DNA of 64,000 bases from Klebsormidium nitens (lineage: Eukaryota > Plantae > Klebsormidiophyceae). The notes beneath the pieces are model-generated. The model saw nothing but the letters and a program-made list of their open reading frames with translations. It was not told the DNA's origin and searched no databases. The translations under genes were made by a program, and so were the position numbers. The stretch covers positions 1 to 64,000 of the forward strand of contig DF237180.1 of assembly GCA_000708835.1 (NCBI GenBank). The letters are read 5' to 3'. Below are positions 12,701 to 25,900 of this stretch, in pieces (position 1 is the stretch's first letter; every line of letters begins with the position of its first letter).

Positions 12701-15700
12701 ATGAACAAAAATGGCAGTCACTAGTTTTACGACTACTAAATTCAACGCAGGTCTTGCAGGAGTAGAGTAAGAACGATAGCCCTCTTCTGACTGGTACTTG
12801 GTAACAGACACTCAGAGAAGTGCAGCCCCGTGCGTACCTTAATATCGGCGCCGAAGTTGGTGACCTCCTTCTTGTAGCCGGAGCGCTTGAGGTGGAAGTT
12901 GAACCAGCGCAGCAAAATCTTTTCCGCCGGCAGCCGGCACAGCTCGTCGAACTCTTCCTCGTTGTCCAGCAGCTCCGCTAGCTCGGGCATCTTCTTCACG
13001 CTCACGTTCGACAGCAGCTGGATCTGCAGGAGGCAAAACCACCGGATTCCGCCCTTACTTTACTTTTCAACGGAATCCCAGCTGCGAGCCTGAGTACAAT
13101 CTCCAAACGGAACGGAGTGAGCGGAGCTCTGGCAGATCCGGACTCTCACGCTCGCGTTTGGCAGCAGGTGAATTTGCAGGGGACGGAGACACCGGATTCC
13201 GCTCTCAATCCACTCTTGGGATGAAACCGACAAAAGCAACTTCGCAAGCTTCCAGCACCTTCTCTACGCTCACGTTCGGACAATAGCTGGTTCCGTCGGT
13301 TATGAAAGGCCGGACTCCGTTTTGAGTTACTTTGCAACTCGACTAAACGGAAATACCCCGAATGCCGCCCGCAACTTCTTTATAAACGAAACAAACGGAC
13401 TACGAGAAGGAGTTTTGGGGAATGGATTATACCCTTCAAAGTCACGCCAATAGCAGCTCAATTTGAAGGAAATAGCAAGCAGACTTTGCGCTGAGGCTTT
13501 GTTCGCCAGAAATTAACGAAACGGAAGGAAAGCGAAATGGAGCTTAAGCAAAGAAGGCGAGCTCTTCTCGCTCAACGGGAAAAAAAAGTTCATGATTTCT
13601 ACGCCAATTCGTTTTCGAACCTCCGAGCTGACAAGAAACGTCTCAATATCAGGGTTGGGTAACTAGAGAACAACAACAGTATTCCGCCACCAGTATTCCG
13701 CTGAACAGGGGAGAACTCTCTCACCCGTTGCCATGGAAGTACTCTTCCGCTACCTCACGAAGTCAGGAATTAAAAGCTCTATCTTCCCGATCGGTGACAC
13801 CCTCTAGTTCGTTAGTGTAGCGCTGTTTCACACGTAGAGATCGAGGTAACCATCACGAAGTGATACGTCGAAAATGAACAACGTCGCCTGATGAGCAAAA
13901 AGGAGAGCTGGTCCTTCGCCCTGGTCTAATGCCAAAAGCTGCAACACTCTCTGCTCCAATCAGAGCTCCTCACCTTGACGATCTGCGAGATGAGCCCCAG
14001 CACCAAGTGCGGCTTCGCCTCCACCAGGTCCCCCGCTCCGATGTTGACAACCGAGCACCCGATCGCCTTTGCAGAGTTGATGCACAGCGTCTGGTTCTCA
14101 TTCTTCTCCCACGCGTTCAGCTTCTCCTTGACGTTCAACACGCGCTCGTCGATCGTGCCCTTGACCGCGACGTTGATCAGCTTGCACAGCAGGAGACCGT
14201 CCTTCACCGCTTCCCAGAGCTCGTCGGTGGCGGCGTTGAGAGGGAGGCGGGTGCCGACGACGGGGTCATCCTTGAGCCACAGGTTGATGTGGTCCACGTA
14301 GGCCTGCTTCTCAGAGTCCTGTGGAATTGGACACGAGGTTTATGAGGTATCAATCAGATGAGATTAACGGAGTTGGCAACTGCTGAGGTCCTAAGAGAGG
14401 TGTGAAAGACAAAGTTGGGAGAGGAGTCCTTTGGGATGAGAATATGATGACAAGGACGGTCGTCACGTGCTCTTGGAGTCCTCTTGTAGCACACATTGAG
14501 ACGAAGGCGGTTGAGTGTCCTTGATATTTTGTAAGAGAAAGAGGCACCACCGTGGTTACGAGGTCAATAAGCTCCGTCAATTCTGAACGCTTTCTTGAGT
14601 TCCGTGATTAATTAAGATAGAAGAATTTGCCGGCTCTCTTTGTGGGAGCTTTGTTGCAAAGGCCTCCGATGTTCGAGGAAGAGGCTCTCAAAATGTCAAG
14701 TGCGCTTCACGGGTGTAGGCTACCTCAGATATCCTGGTTTTCTTTTCTGCTGGAGCTTTTGGCAGGATTCGACCAGTCTGCAGCGGTTTTGCTCAGAAGC
14801 CCGAGCCTCAAGCTGACCCTCCTTATGTTTGGCTGCTTGGGGGAGAAGAAGCGTCTTATAGAAAACCAAAGGAGGAACGAACCCCTTCGAAAATTCCCAG
14901 TAAGTGCAAGGTGCTTATTCTGTAAGCTGGTGATGATTGAACGAAAGAAAAGACTATAACCCAACCTCCGGTAACTGGACCCCTCTTACAGGCGCATCCT
15001 GAAGACATTGAACGACTTCACCAAAGTCAAATTAGTCAGACATAGTCAACATTTTGCCAAGAGAGGCCAACTAACCGAGTGTACAATTTCCTTCCATCTA
15101 CTCCAACGTTTAAAAGTAGAACCTCAGGTTGCAAGTTAATTTGCCTACCTCTACTTGATGGGTATATGTTGTGCTCGTTGACCGGATGAAGGCCTTGTTC
15201 AAACCAGAGCTCTTCTTCGGGCTCGAACCACTGAGTACACCATCCTGGATTGCCAGATGCACCTGCAAACAATCAAAGAAATATCAAGTGGCCATCCATT
15301 TTGCCCTGGTGCCAGATGTTGAAGAATACATATACCAGGACTAAGGAAAGGAGTCTATCAATGTCAGAAGGTTGCGAGACGACAAGCGTCCAAGCATCGG
15401 ATCAGTGACCCCATGCTGGTTCTCTGGTTTCATGACAACACCTCCCAGGCCCTCTTCATTAGTCTGTTCAGTACTGGTTGAAAGACTCTTACTGAAAGAA
15501 CTGGGCGGCGTTCATCGTTGGTCGTGGTTCACCTGATGAAGTGCCAATCAGCTGAGGCTAAGAAGCATATGGATCTGGAGAAGCTCCATTCACAAAGATC
15601 TTTTTGAGCTGTCAAACAATCAAGTGGTCCCACGTTGAGAGCTGGGCGCACCTTCAGGAAACCTTCAAAGTCAACACCTCCCTTCGACGTTGCGTCAAAC

Positions 15701-16257
15701 TTCTCAACAAGCTTCGATGCTTCCTCTAGTGATGCTGTGATGTTGTGCTTGGATAGAGCAGCCTCCAGTTGCTCGGGGGAGAGAAGATTCTTTTGAAACT
15801 TGTCGGCGGCGTCAAACTGGGGACAGTTTAGGACAAGAAGACAGTTAGTATTCCCATCATATTTTGGCTAAAAGATGTGGACAGAAGTAGCTCATGGGGC
15901 GTTGCAAACCCTGGCATGCTGCTCTTCATTTAGTATCTTATGTAGTTCAGGTGGCCGTATAGCTGCCCTTAAAACTATTCAACTGATTTCTCTTAGAGAT
16001 ACAATAGATACACAATTGTCAGAAGCTTGTCTTAGCAAACTGCCTTCCCACTATTGATAACCTCATTGCAAGGACTTTGGCACAGCACACCACCACAAGT
16101 GGCTTCAAAGTGTGAGAGTTTCTTTATAGGCTTATTGTGCCAACATTGTATGACTAGACCCACTCACCTGCGCACGGTGCTGCCTCAGTTCACCCTGCGT
16201 AAATCTGCCAGCCAAGACAGGGTCACTCACTGCAACAGCAAAGCTAGGCGTCGCCAT
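9719..16257 (-). CDS. FIM: Fimbrin/plastin actin-bundling protein (~632 aa, 10 exons; EF-hand-like headpiece plus four CH domains)
   Basis: join(16257-16168,15816-15652,15262-15149,14318-13974,13023-12838,12428-12217,11722-11367,10925-10774,10369-10181,9808-9719), phases consistent. Motifs [89 protein letters not shown]. Confidence 0.97.
12995..13290 (-). repeat. Degenerate tandem copies of the fimbrin exon-5 acceptor junction within intron 4
   Basis: Motif CTCACGCTCACGTTCGACAGCAGCTGGATCTGCAGG...ACCGGATTCCGC (12995-13062) recurs at ~13145-13203 and partly at ~13263-13290. Confidence 0.75.
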
Positions 16258-17915
16258 TCTCACAACTCAGACCGCTGAGTGGTCAAAAAAATGTGTACAA
16301 TGGGCCTCAAAAGGGTGCCGATGGCTCTTCAATCACTCATTTCTGCGGTGCAGAATGGGGCTACACTGAAAGCTTTCCTATCCTATTCTATAGTGCAACC
16401 TTTCAACCCAAAGTAAGAATGAAAGAAGAGATTAAATGTGTCGACTGTCTACCAGCAGTCTGTCGCTTCCTGCCCCAATCAATGTAAGCACGAAATCAAG
16501 ATCTGAGCAATGACCTACACTTGTGCATCCCCTCGGCTGCGAAACCCCTTTGAGGACACCCTCCAACCACAATGACTGAAAGATAAGGTTCAAGCCTGCT
16601 CTTCAACCTTGGCGGCCCACATTGAGGCTGCAGCCATTGCATCGCTGAATTGTGGCCATTCACCTTCCTTCCTTCTCCCACATTGACTTTTCTGACGTCG
16701 CCCCATGCAAATTCAATGGTTGCGACCCCCTACGTTACTAGCGAGTCAGAGCGAAGAGAAACCCAGCAAAGGATCGTAGCCGTCGAGAAGTCAATCGGAC
16801 GGTTGAGATCGACAGTTAGTTTGCGAAGCCTACTCAACCGTCCGATAAGTTGTACCAGAGATCGAGGGCACGAGGACTCCTTGCATTCGGCGACCGTAAC
16901 ATGCCGTCACTCTCACAGCCTGCGCATTGAAAGAGAATCCAACACATAGGCAAGGCACCGTGTCCAGTTTGCACATGTAGTGCGATCAAGGCTTCCAGCT
17001 TCGACAGGAAGGCGATCGGTGCTGGTTGAGCGTACAAGACATGCTCTTGCCATGAGATTGTTGTGAAGGTTGTTGAACGGTTCTCAGCACATCGATATCA
17101 ATAATGCAATACATTGTCCATTGATGCCCTCTGAGTTTTGTGAAATTCGTATGGCAAGATGTGAAAACTGCAAAGTCGGAGCGATTACTAATCTGGCCTT
17201 CTAGTATACTCTTACGTGCCATCTGCTGACGCACCCGCGCTCAGAATATATAGCCAGCTTACCTCAGGTCACAGTAGTCATCACGACTTCTTCCTAAAGC
17301 CTATCAATGATCATGCTAGCGCTGTTGCTGTTCGTGGTAGGTGCTGTACGTTTGCACGCAATCAATGCCAAACATCGTATGCTAATTCTCAATTCCGGTG
17401 TCAGTGACGCTCGAGTCTGGATACTTGATGTGCCTGAAAAGGTGAAAAACGAACTTGGCAACACAGGAGTTTCAAAGAATGTATCTACTATGTGCCAGAA
17501 TTTTGTCGTCCTTTCATCACGGCAAACGCTGTTCAGGGTGGAAAGGAGAGTGGACCTCAGATGCTCAGAGCTCATGGAGTATTCATTACAAAGTTCTAAT
17601 CACGGTGTATTGGAAATAAACGTGTTGTTAAATCACGTCCTCTTAACGGAGGAGCTGTCCAGCTCTTCTTCAGGCATGGCTCTTCGAGCCAATGCGAAAG
17701 GGTTCGTTATGCCACCTTATGTCTTAATCAAATTCTAACCTACAAATAATCAACTCAAGTGTGGCGGACTTTCAGTACGTCAAACGTTCCGGGGCGAGTT
17801 TGCGTATCCGCCGTGTCCGATGCTGACTGACAAGGGCCGACACAATTCTTTAGAATACTGTCAATACAAGGACTCTTTCTTACAGAAACCCGAACCAAAT
17901 GCTCAGAAGCTCAGA

Positions 17916-20900
17916 TCATGTCGACCCAATCCTCAGCCCTCGCGTTTTCCTTGACGTCAGCAGCGGGCCCTCCTGCGGCACGTCAAACATGGGCACAAAG
18001 CTGCTCGACTTGTAGAGCGGCACCAGCCACCCTGCCTTGCCAGCGCCCTTATTCACACTGGGACTTCCCGGGCCATAACCCGGGGAATATCCCCTTGTAT
18101 CCTTTGAACCCCGCACCCCAAGCTTCCCCGGCCGCGCGCCTTCGCTCGGGCGGCCGGCCGGCGCGCCAAAGACGACGCCCTTCTTCTTGCCCGGCCCTAG
18201 GGGCCCGCCTTTATCCCCCGAGATGCTCCGCCGCCCTCCCATCGACATGCTCTTTGTCAACGCTTTCCTTTCACTCCCCCCGGCCGCTGCCGCTTTCGTA
18301 TCGCCCCCCTCGGCAGAGGCAGCGCGGCCCTCCCGACCCGCGGATGCTGCCGCGGCCGCCTCCGAAGGCGCCGCGCCTCCCTGTCCGTTACTCTCCGCCA
18401 AACCCTCCGCCATATCCCTGTTCTCTTCGACGATAGTCCCGAGCTCGGCGGCTAGGCAGGCCGCGGCCGCCCCTTCGTTTCCCAGAGAGCCCCTCTCGTC
18501 GCTTGATCTCCTCCTTTCGCAGTCGCTTGACTTGCGGCGTGCGGCCTCTTCTCCGGTCGTTCTGGGCCCCCAGGGAAGATTCGCGGAGTGTGCTCGGGGC
18601 GGCTCCTTTGAAGCTGCGTAACTGTTGCGCTGCGACCGGGTCCCAACCGGCGGCGTGATTCCGGATGGGTCGGCAATCCCCTTCAGGAATGACACAGACT
18701 AAAAGGCATGAGAAACGATGGGCATTGGAAGTCGCATTCCGATACCCCGAAGTAAAGCACTTTCAACATGTTTTTCTACCCCCTCCCGAGATAGTCACGT
18801 AAAAACGATTACTTCGAAATGGTAGACATTTGTCCGCTCTGAATCAGGTTCTGGAAGAAGTTCGTGGACACTGTCTGTACAAGCTCGTGACACTCGTCAA
18901 CCAAGTTCAAACAGCCGGAAAACACAATTGCAAATTATCCGGAAAAATTTGCTCCCACCTTGAAGAAGTGGTCGTCAGAAGAGAGGCTGGACATCGGCAA
19001 CCCAGAGCGGCGCCGCGCCTTGACCATGGTCAGGACAGTCCGGAAAGCGCGCTTGACGCGCTCGGCCGCGGCCGCGCGCCGCAGGATCTCGTCGCGCATC
19101 GCGCGGTGCCAAGCTTTCTCCTTCTTGCGCCGGTCCTGGATCCACCGCACGTCCTGACAGAGCGAAATGACGGGTATGTCTCTCAGTCTGTTGTCGGATC
19201 GAGCTTCCGGGTTATCCAAGGTTTTGAAATGCGAGATACAGGGTCGGAAATTCCTGGAACGAAGCGGCCTTGAGATCTAAGTCCACGAGCTATCAACAGC
19301 AAACTTCCTCATCATTCGCGATGGACCGTTCTTGAGCTGTTATAGTAGCGGCCCCCTGCATCCGTAAACCGTTCTTGCTGTTCGGCGGCAAGATTATGAA
19401 GTTGTGCAAATCATTCGTCAGTCCCGGAAACCGGCGAATCAGATTCAGCTGAGCCTTACCGACGCCACCTTTCTGAGGCGCAACTTCCTCTGCCGCAGCA
19501 CCGTCTTCTGGTGGCGGTACCACCAGACGCGGACCCGCTCGCTCTGCCGCCACTCCTTCAGCTGCTCCACCGTCGTCTTGCTCGGCTCCGGTCGCGAGAT
19601 CTGCACCGTAAGCAGACGCTGGATTTGGACGGCGACTGTTTAGCTGGCATTTACTAGGCGGACGGGATAAACTGGTGTGTAAGACTTACTCTTGGGACAA
19701 AGAGTCGGGGGGCTCCTGTAGAACGTGAAAAGAAGTTCAAGCAGGGGTCTGAGAGAATCTTCGAACCCTCTGTCGACTCGAGCGTCGAAATGGGAAGCAA
19801 GTCCAAACAGAGACTTAACCGCAGCCCGTAAAGAAAGCCGATGGGAAGTTTAGAGTGCTGTTAATCTGCATCACAGGAAGCGGCTGCTGAAGGTTTCGCA
19901 GACGATTGGGTTTCGAAAAGCATCGGCACTTTCTCATGCTTGGCTCCTGGTCAAGCAGAACCCTGCACAGTTTGGGGTTGGGATATTGTCTACCTGTGTC
20001 GATGACGCCTTTCTCTTGCCGCCGTCGTTTGGAATGCCTTGAAGCAGACTCCATGTCAAGCACGCAGCCCTTATGCGGCGCTTTCGTCGGAAATCGTTTG
20101 CGAGTCGATTGTATCCGAAAACCAAATTACGAGGAGGTATTCCAATCCAGAATCCAAGCAGAAACAGCGTGCTGAAATCCTCACCATCCTTGCTCTTGGT
20201 ACAACCACTCCATCTCGGTACAGCTCGTACTGTTGGCACGAAAACGCCACCCTTGACCGCACTTCAATCCTCGCTCCTTGCATCGACGGCGAGGCGCTCC
20301 TGCTACTCGGGGCCGAAAACGCTCTCCCTGGCCGACTGTGAAGCTGCCACTTGTCGCTCGAGAATTGGGCGGAAGCACTCAGACCGACTTGGCTAGGATA
20401 TCGGAGGTTTGCCGAGGAGGACGATGGCCGGACTCGGTCAAACGAAGCCTCCGGAGCCAGGGAACTTTCGGACTCTCCGGGATGGCTCGCCTCCGCTTGA
20501 GAGCTCGTCATCTCACAGCCACTCTGCGACTGCAATCGTGCGGCCATTGGGGTTGTCGGCTCCGCTGTAGCCCCTGACAACCTGCGGGATCCTGCTTCCC
20601 CTTCGGTGGAACAGCCGTCAGGAGCTTGCGACCGAGCTTCGTGCAGCTGAGTTTCTGACTGGAATGCGTTCTCTGACCAACCCGCACTCACTGTTGGCTC
20701 GTCCTCTTCTGACTCTACCACCGAGCACAGACCGCCGATGACGACGTCGCAGTCCTCATCGTCGCCAAAGTGCTCAGCTGCGACTTCACTAGACTCTTCT
20801 CGACCCTCCAGGACCTGACCAAAGTAAGCTCTGCTCTCATCGAGAACCGCTTCTTCTCTATGTTCAGGGTCTGAACGATCAAAACTCAAAGTGCTTTCAC

Positions 20901-21618
20901 CAACATCCCTTGCGGACTGACCCTGCCCTCCCTTGTGCCCCCGGCCCACCACCTCCACGTCATTCTCCCCATCAGAGTCTGGAACCACCTCTCCAGCACT
21001 GGCTCTAGTTTCAGAGTAATTTGATGCACCTTCGCTCCTCAATCCTAGGCTTGACACCCTCCCCAGTTCCTCGGTGTCCCAACTAAGGCAGCTTCTCTCA
21101 GTGTCGCTCCCACAAGGAGAAGCTGCATCATCCTGCCAGGAAACAGTCCTTTCTGCATGCAGCCTCCGATTCATCCCTGACATGCCGGCAAACCCCCACG
21201 CTGTCTGCGGCCGCTTTGGGAGTTGGTCCCACTCCCTTTCTCCCCTTTGCCTGAGCGAGCCCCCTTTCCCGGCCTTGGCTCCAGTAAGAAAGCTCCTGTG
21301 CATTGAGGCTGTCTCAGGTCTGTTTCTACTGGCTGGGGCCCCATTTCCACTGCTCAGAGCACGGTCTTTCCTGTCCTGAAACCTTTGCAGCAGCTTCTGC
21401 TTCTCTTGCTCCAGTGAGGCAGCTCCATACAACTTCCTGAAAGACCGCAGCTTTCCCTCTAATTGCAGGGGGGAACCTTTTGCATCGACCTTCTTCTTTT
21501 TCGCTGACATTGCAAGGCTTTCTGCTGATTGCTCTGCAATTGCCTCCCATCTTCCTCGGTTGGGGTGGCCAAAATCAGTGAGTCCATCGTTCCTCCTAGG
21601 AGGACTGTGTGGAGCCAT
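17916..21618 (-). CDS. Uncharacterised ~850-aa largely disordered protein with a basic helical core (4 exons)
   Basis: join(21618-20185,19600-19460,19153-18959,18680 or 18698-17916), all phase 0. GC3-rich core EQLKEWRQSERVRVWWYRHQK...DRRKKEKAWHRAMRDEILRR. No family recognised. Confidence 0.7.
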
Positions 21619-22292
21619 TACATCCGGTCCCTATAAGCGCAGTATTCAAGACCTAGAACACAGTCAATGTATCTGTTGCACTTGAGGAGAGTGCTCTACC
21701 ATCCCTTCCAATGGGCTCATCTACTCTAGGCTGTCCTCCTGCAATCCTAAGCAACACTGCCGGATTGATGGTGCGGACGACCATTATATGGCAATGCTGG
21801 ACGTAGGAGTCGCTGAAAGATGTTTCGTGTCTGCATTCCCCGCACTGCCGATTCAATACTGGCAGATGCAAGTGTTACGGAAGGAAACAAGGCAGTCACG
21901 ATTGCTGTTTCAAGGATATCATGGCCGGGATCCTAATGAAATTAGGGCGCTGATCAATTTTCTTTCAGGGGTTGCCGCAAGAGGACAATCAGCAACAACT
22001 GGATCAGTGGATGTATGAAGGGCGAACGAAGCTGTATCTGACAACCACATGTTTCTACAATGCAGAGATTAAGCGTCGTGGTCGGGTCCATACACATAGC
22101 CAGCAGGCGGGCTGGGAAGCGGCTTGTGGCCGCCTCTGGCCGCCGCTTGCCTCACCAGCGCCAAGGTTATACGCGCAGGATGGTTTTCGTACGCGAATGA
22201 GACGGAAAATTCGACCCCAGATTCTACCCGTAAAAGTTAGAATATTATTCACAAATTCTTAATTTAGGCCCTCAATAAGAGAGGTGGGAGGT

Positions 22293-22307
22293 AAACCCTA
22301 ACCCTAA
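22293..22307. promoter_or_regulatory. Telo-box (AAACCCTA) motif in a divergent promoter region
   Basis: AAACCCTAACCCTAA between two head-to-head ATGs (21618 - and 22910 +). The telo-box is an established plant cis-element; function here is untested. Confidence 0.4.
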
Positions 22308-22909
22308 TATGCATGGCGGAGACTGACTGTTCATTGCCACTGCCATTGGCGGTCAGCGAATGCAGGCCTGCCTCTTCCCAGCTCTTCCTGCTCTTCCTGC
22401 GAGCTTTGCTCTTTCACGTCTTTGCACACCAGCCTCCAGGTCTCGCTCTTACGCTTGGTTCGGGCAAGGTGCGTCATGTGACGACATGAGCAGCACAGTC
22501 AAGGGCCAATATCAGGGAATTCAAGAGGCTGCAATATTTGTCAACTTTTTTGCGTGCTGACCTCCTTCTGCGGTGCTGACAATGCAATGACTGGCGTGCT
22601 AGTCGGCAGTAACAAAAAGAAGGAAAGTCATTGCTAGACACGGGCTGAGAAACATAGAAATCAGACAAATGAGAATCATGGTCTTGCTGGCGCAGGGTCA
22701 GCGTTACGTTGGATTGCTTCAGCCACATTCGGTTTTCCTGAGGCATCCAGCCAAAGAGAGAACTCTTGGTGAGTTTGCGATGGTGTCAACACTCTGATAC
22801 TGTATGACGGACGCAAGCAGTATTCCTTATAAGCAAGTTAACGGCTCAGAACTCAGTCAAGGCCCAGAAAAGATTCCAATGCAGTGCATAGCAACAAACC
22901 TTGCATGAT

Positions 22910-25900
22910 ATGGCTTCTTCCGAAGCGGAGAGCACTGAAGAGCCAGCTGCTGCAAGCAGCATGGGTGAAGGCGTCACAGCAAGTCAGCTCGATGCGCCAG
23001 ACCTTATGGGCCAGGTCTCCAGTGCGTCCAGCATGCGTGCCAGCGAGCTCAGTCAGCAGGCTTCAGAAACCACCAGCGTGGGACAAACCTCGCGCGCCAC
23101 GACTGCACGAAGTGCCAAACATGTCCAGATTGCCACGTTGCCTGATTCAAGCGGCGACAATCTTACAAACGAGTCGGCAGGCAGAAGAAGAAGCATCCCA
23201 GAGGGAAGCTCTTCAGCAACGTCCCTGCCCGGACAGCCAAGTCCGGAAGAGCGGATTAGGCTCCTGATGGACGCGTACAGCCCCCGGAAGTCCCTGTCAG
23301 CTAGAAGCGCTCGCTTTAGTCCCCGGCCTTTGGACTCCTCCCGAAAGAGGAACAGTGCTCCTGCCAATGCCGCTGCTCAGGGGATGCTCGCTAAGGAGGT
23401 GAGCTCAGAAGTGTGATGACATCATGCATTGGTTCCAAAACTCTGGCAAGAACAGGACCCAGTGCCTGAGAGAAACGTGCATTGCGTGGGACTGCTTCAC
23501 CAGACTGCTTGATCATTGATGTATTTGCTGCGGATGCTAAACTAAGAATTCTCTCGAAAATGACGGGTACTTGTCTTGCAGACCAGCAAAGTCGTCAGCA
23601 CCTATTCCCAGATGGTGACAAAGCTGGCAGCCATCTACAACGATGAGCGGAAGATTGCTGAAGGAAAAGAGAAGGAGCGACAACACCTGGTGAGTCCCAT
23701 AATTTTCCCTTTGAATACTATTGATCAAATCTCTCAGTCTTAGAAGACTTGAGAAGATTACCACTTTCTTTCTCCTCGACAGATCCTTGACATCTTTGGG
23801 CCTCAAGCCTTGCATCTTAGGCGAAGAAGCACCAGTCGGCTCGACATTGCGTGCTTCTCGCTTTCGACCTTCAATTGATCAGCCCATCCTGGCAATCAAC
23901 AGATATTCTGGCCTTGAAATCGAGACGAATCCGCCTTTTTGACATCATTTTGGCCTTGCCTCTTTCAGGTAGAGACTTTGAGAGACCTGGAAGCATCCAG
24001 CATTACCCCCGCCACTCTACAAGGTTCGCCTGAGCAGGTCGGCAACACCTAACCTTCCTACTTCAAGGAAGCCTATCCACAACAAGCTTCGTCTCAGCTT
24101 TCGCAAGCACGGGTTCTCCCCTCCCATGCTTGTGATCGTCAACAATGAGCCGTGACGGACTTGCAGCAGAGGCCTGAAACAAGTCGGTTTCAAAACTTTG
24201 TTTAGAAGGAATCATCAACTTACTTGGTCCCTAAACAAGGCCTAGACATTCAAGAGCTTTGTTCGGATTCATGTACACCTTTCGCACCCCTTAACAAGCT
24301 GCGGTGCTGTTCAATGTCCACCTAGGGTGTTTCGCTGTGAAGTTCCTTCTTGAAGCAATCAAGCCCCACATGCACACGAGCACAGAACCAGACTGAGTCT
24401 CGAAACGACAAAGGACACCGCGATCAGCTGTGAAAAAAGCAGGCTTGCATCCTGCGCAAACGTCTTCCTCACGCTGGGGCACCTGTCTTCACCTTTCGTC
24501 CGTATCGGACTACGACTCTTCTATGCAGGCCACCATTGTGGAGCTCAGGGAACGAGTTGGGACACTGGCAAGCGAGGTCGAGGAAGCTTCCAAGATAAGT
24601 CGGATGTGAGTTATCTCATTCCCAGTAATCGTTTCACCTGATAGTGCCAGCCTTTCGGTTTGCGTTGAAGTGCTCCAGTGGGTATCAAACAACTCTACGG
24701 GCCTGCTACGATTTAAATTGACGGTGTGATTCTTCAAAGCAACGCCGGATCTGACGTAAGAGACAAGCACGTTGTTCTACCTGGAAGTTGCTTCAATACT
24801 ATATTGCACCGTTAGCATGACTGTACACAGGGCTGTGTGAATGCATCTCACAGCTTCCTGTAACGGCTTGCAGGTGCGAGCATATGGTCGAAAGGATACG
24901 GCTCTCCGCCCAAAGGAAGGAACTCAAGATCAAGGTACGTTGCATTCCGGTAGTGTCTCAAACCAGCGACTTCTCGAAGTTCGAGAAGTCAAGCCTGCAA
25001 GGCAGCTCAAATGCGACAGGAAGTGAATGAACGAGGCTAAGTCTAATGCTTCAGCAGAGCGACTGACATGAATTGCTTCCACAATTCCGTCTCGGTGCAA
25101 GCGTCGTTTCGTGGGAGCCTGATCAGGATCGGGTGACGAGATGGGAGTCCTAACTACCCACGGTTTTGATTTTGCCCCCGACATTGTATCTTGATTCTTA
25201 TCAAATATTGGAGGTCAGCAATTGAGGCGCCCAATCATACGGCTAAAATCGAAGACGCTCCTTCCGCCTCCACTCCATGAAAGGTTCTGATTGGTTTCTC
25301 TTGGATGGAAACTGCAACTTTCACGGCGGTTCAGGGTCCCTCACGTGCGAGGACTGATTGCTGATCCTCTATGGAGGTACAAGTTGTTCATCCCCCCTCT
25401 CATGCAGCATCTGAAGGTGCTTCACGACCGCGTGGCGACAGACCGGGACCAGGCAGAGCTCAACATGCACAGGTAAGACCTCTTGGAGTTTTATCTATCT
25501 GCCTCTGGGAACCGTCAGGGAATCAGTTAGCATTCGCAGAAACCTACGAGACTTGGAAAAGCGAGTACACCAATTTTGCTCCACTGCAGAATACTGTCCT
25601 GCATCCTCTAGGTGTCCAGAAAGCAAGCTTTCAGAACGCACCTTGTGAGCTTGCCAGCTATGTATTGCGGGAATCCTATCTCTTCCCATGTTATCTCTCT
25701 TGTGTGATGCTGCAGACAGTCAGGAACATTTGCGGTCAGACAAACCTGCCCACACCTCCTCCAAGAGGTTCAATCCTTCAGGGCCCGAGCAAGTTGTAAC
25801 AGTCATCAGAGTATTAGAATGATAATCCAGAATGTTGTAACACTAATCAGAGGATTAGAATGATATTCCTGAAGGTATTGATGCCCTATTACATCAGCTC

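Noticed and set aside
17307-17738. 143-aa + strand ORF with a signal-peptide-like start
   Set aside because: Low GC3 compared with true exons, no recognisable motif; lies in 3'/intergenic DNA.
17918-18621. Overlapping + strand ORFs of 172 and 144 aa
   Set aside because: Antisense shadows of the GC-rich minus-strand exon 18680-17916.
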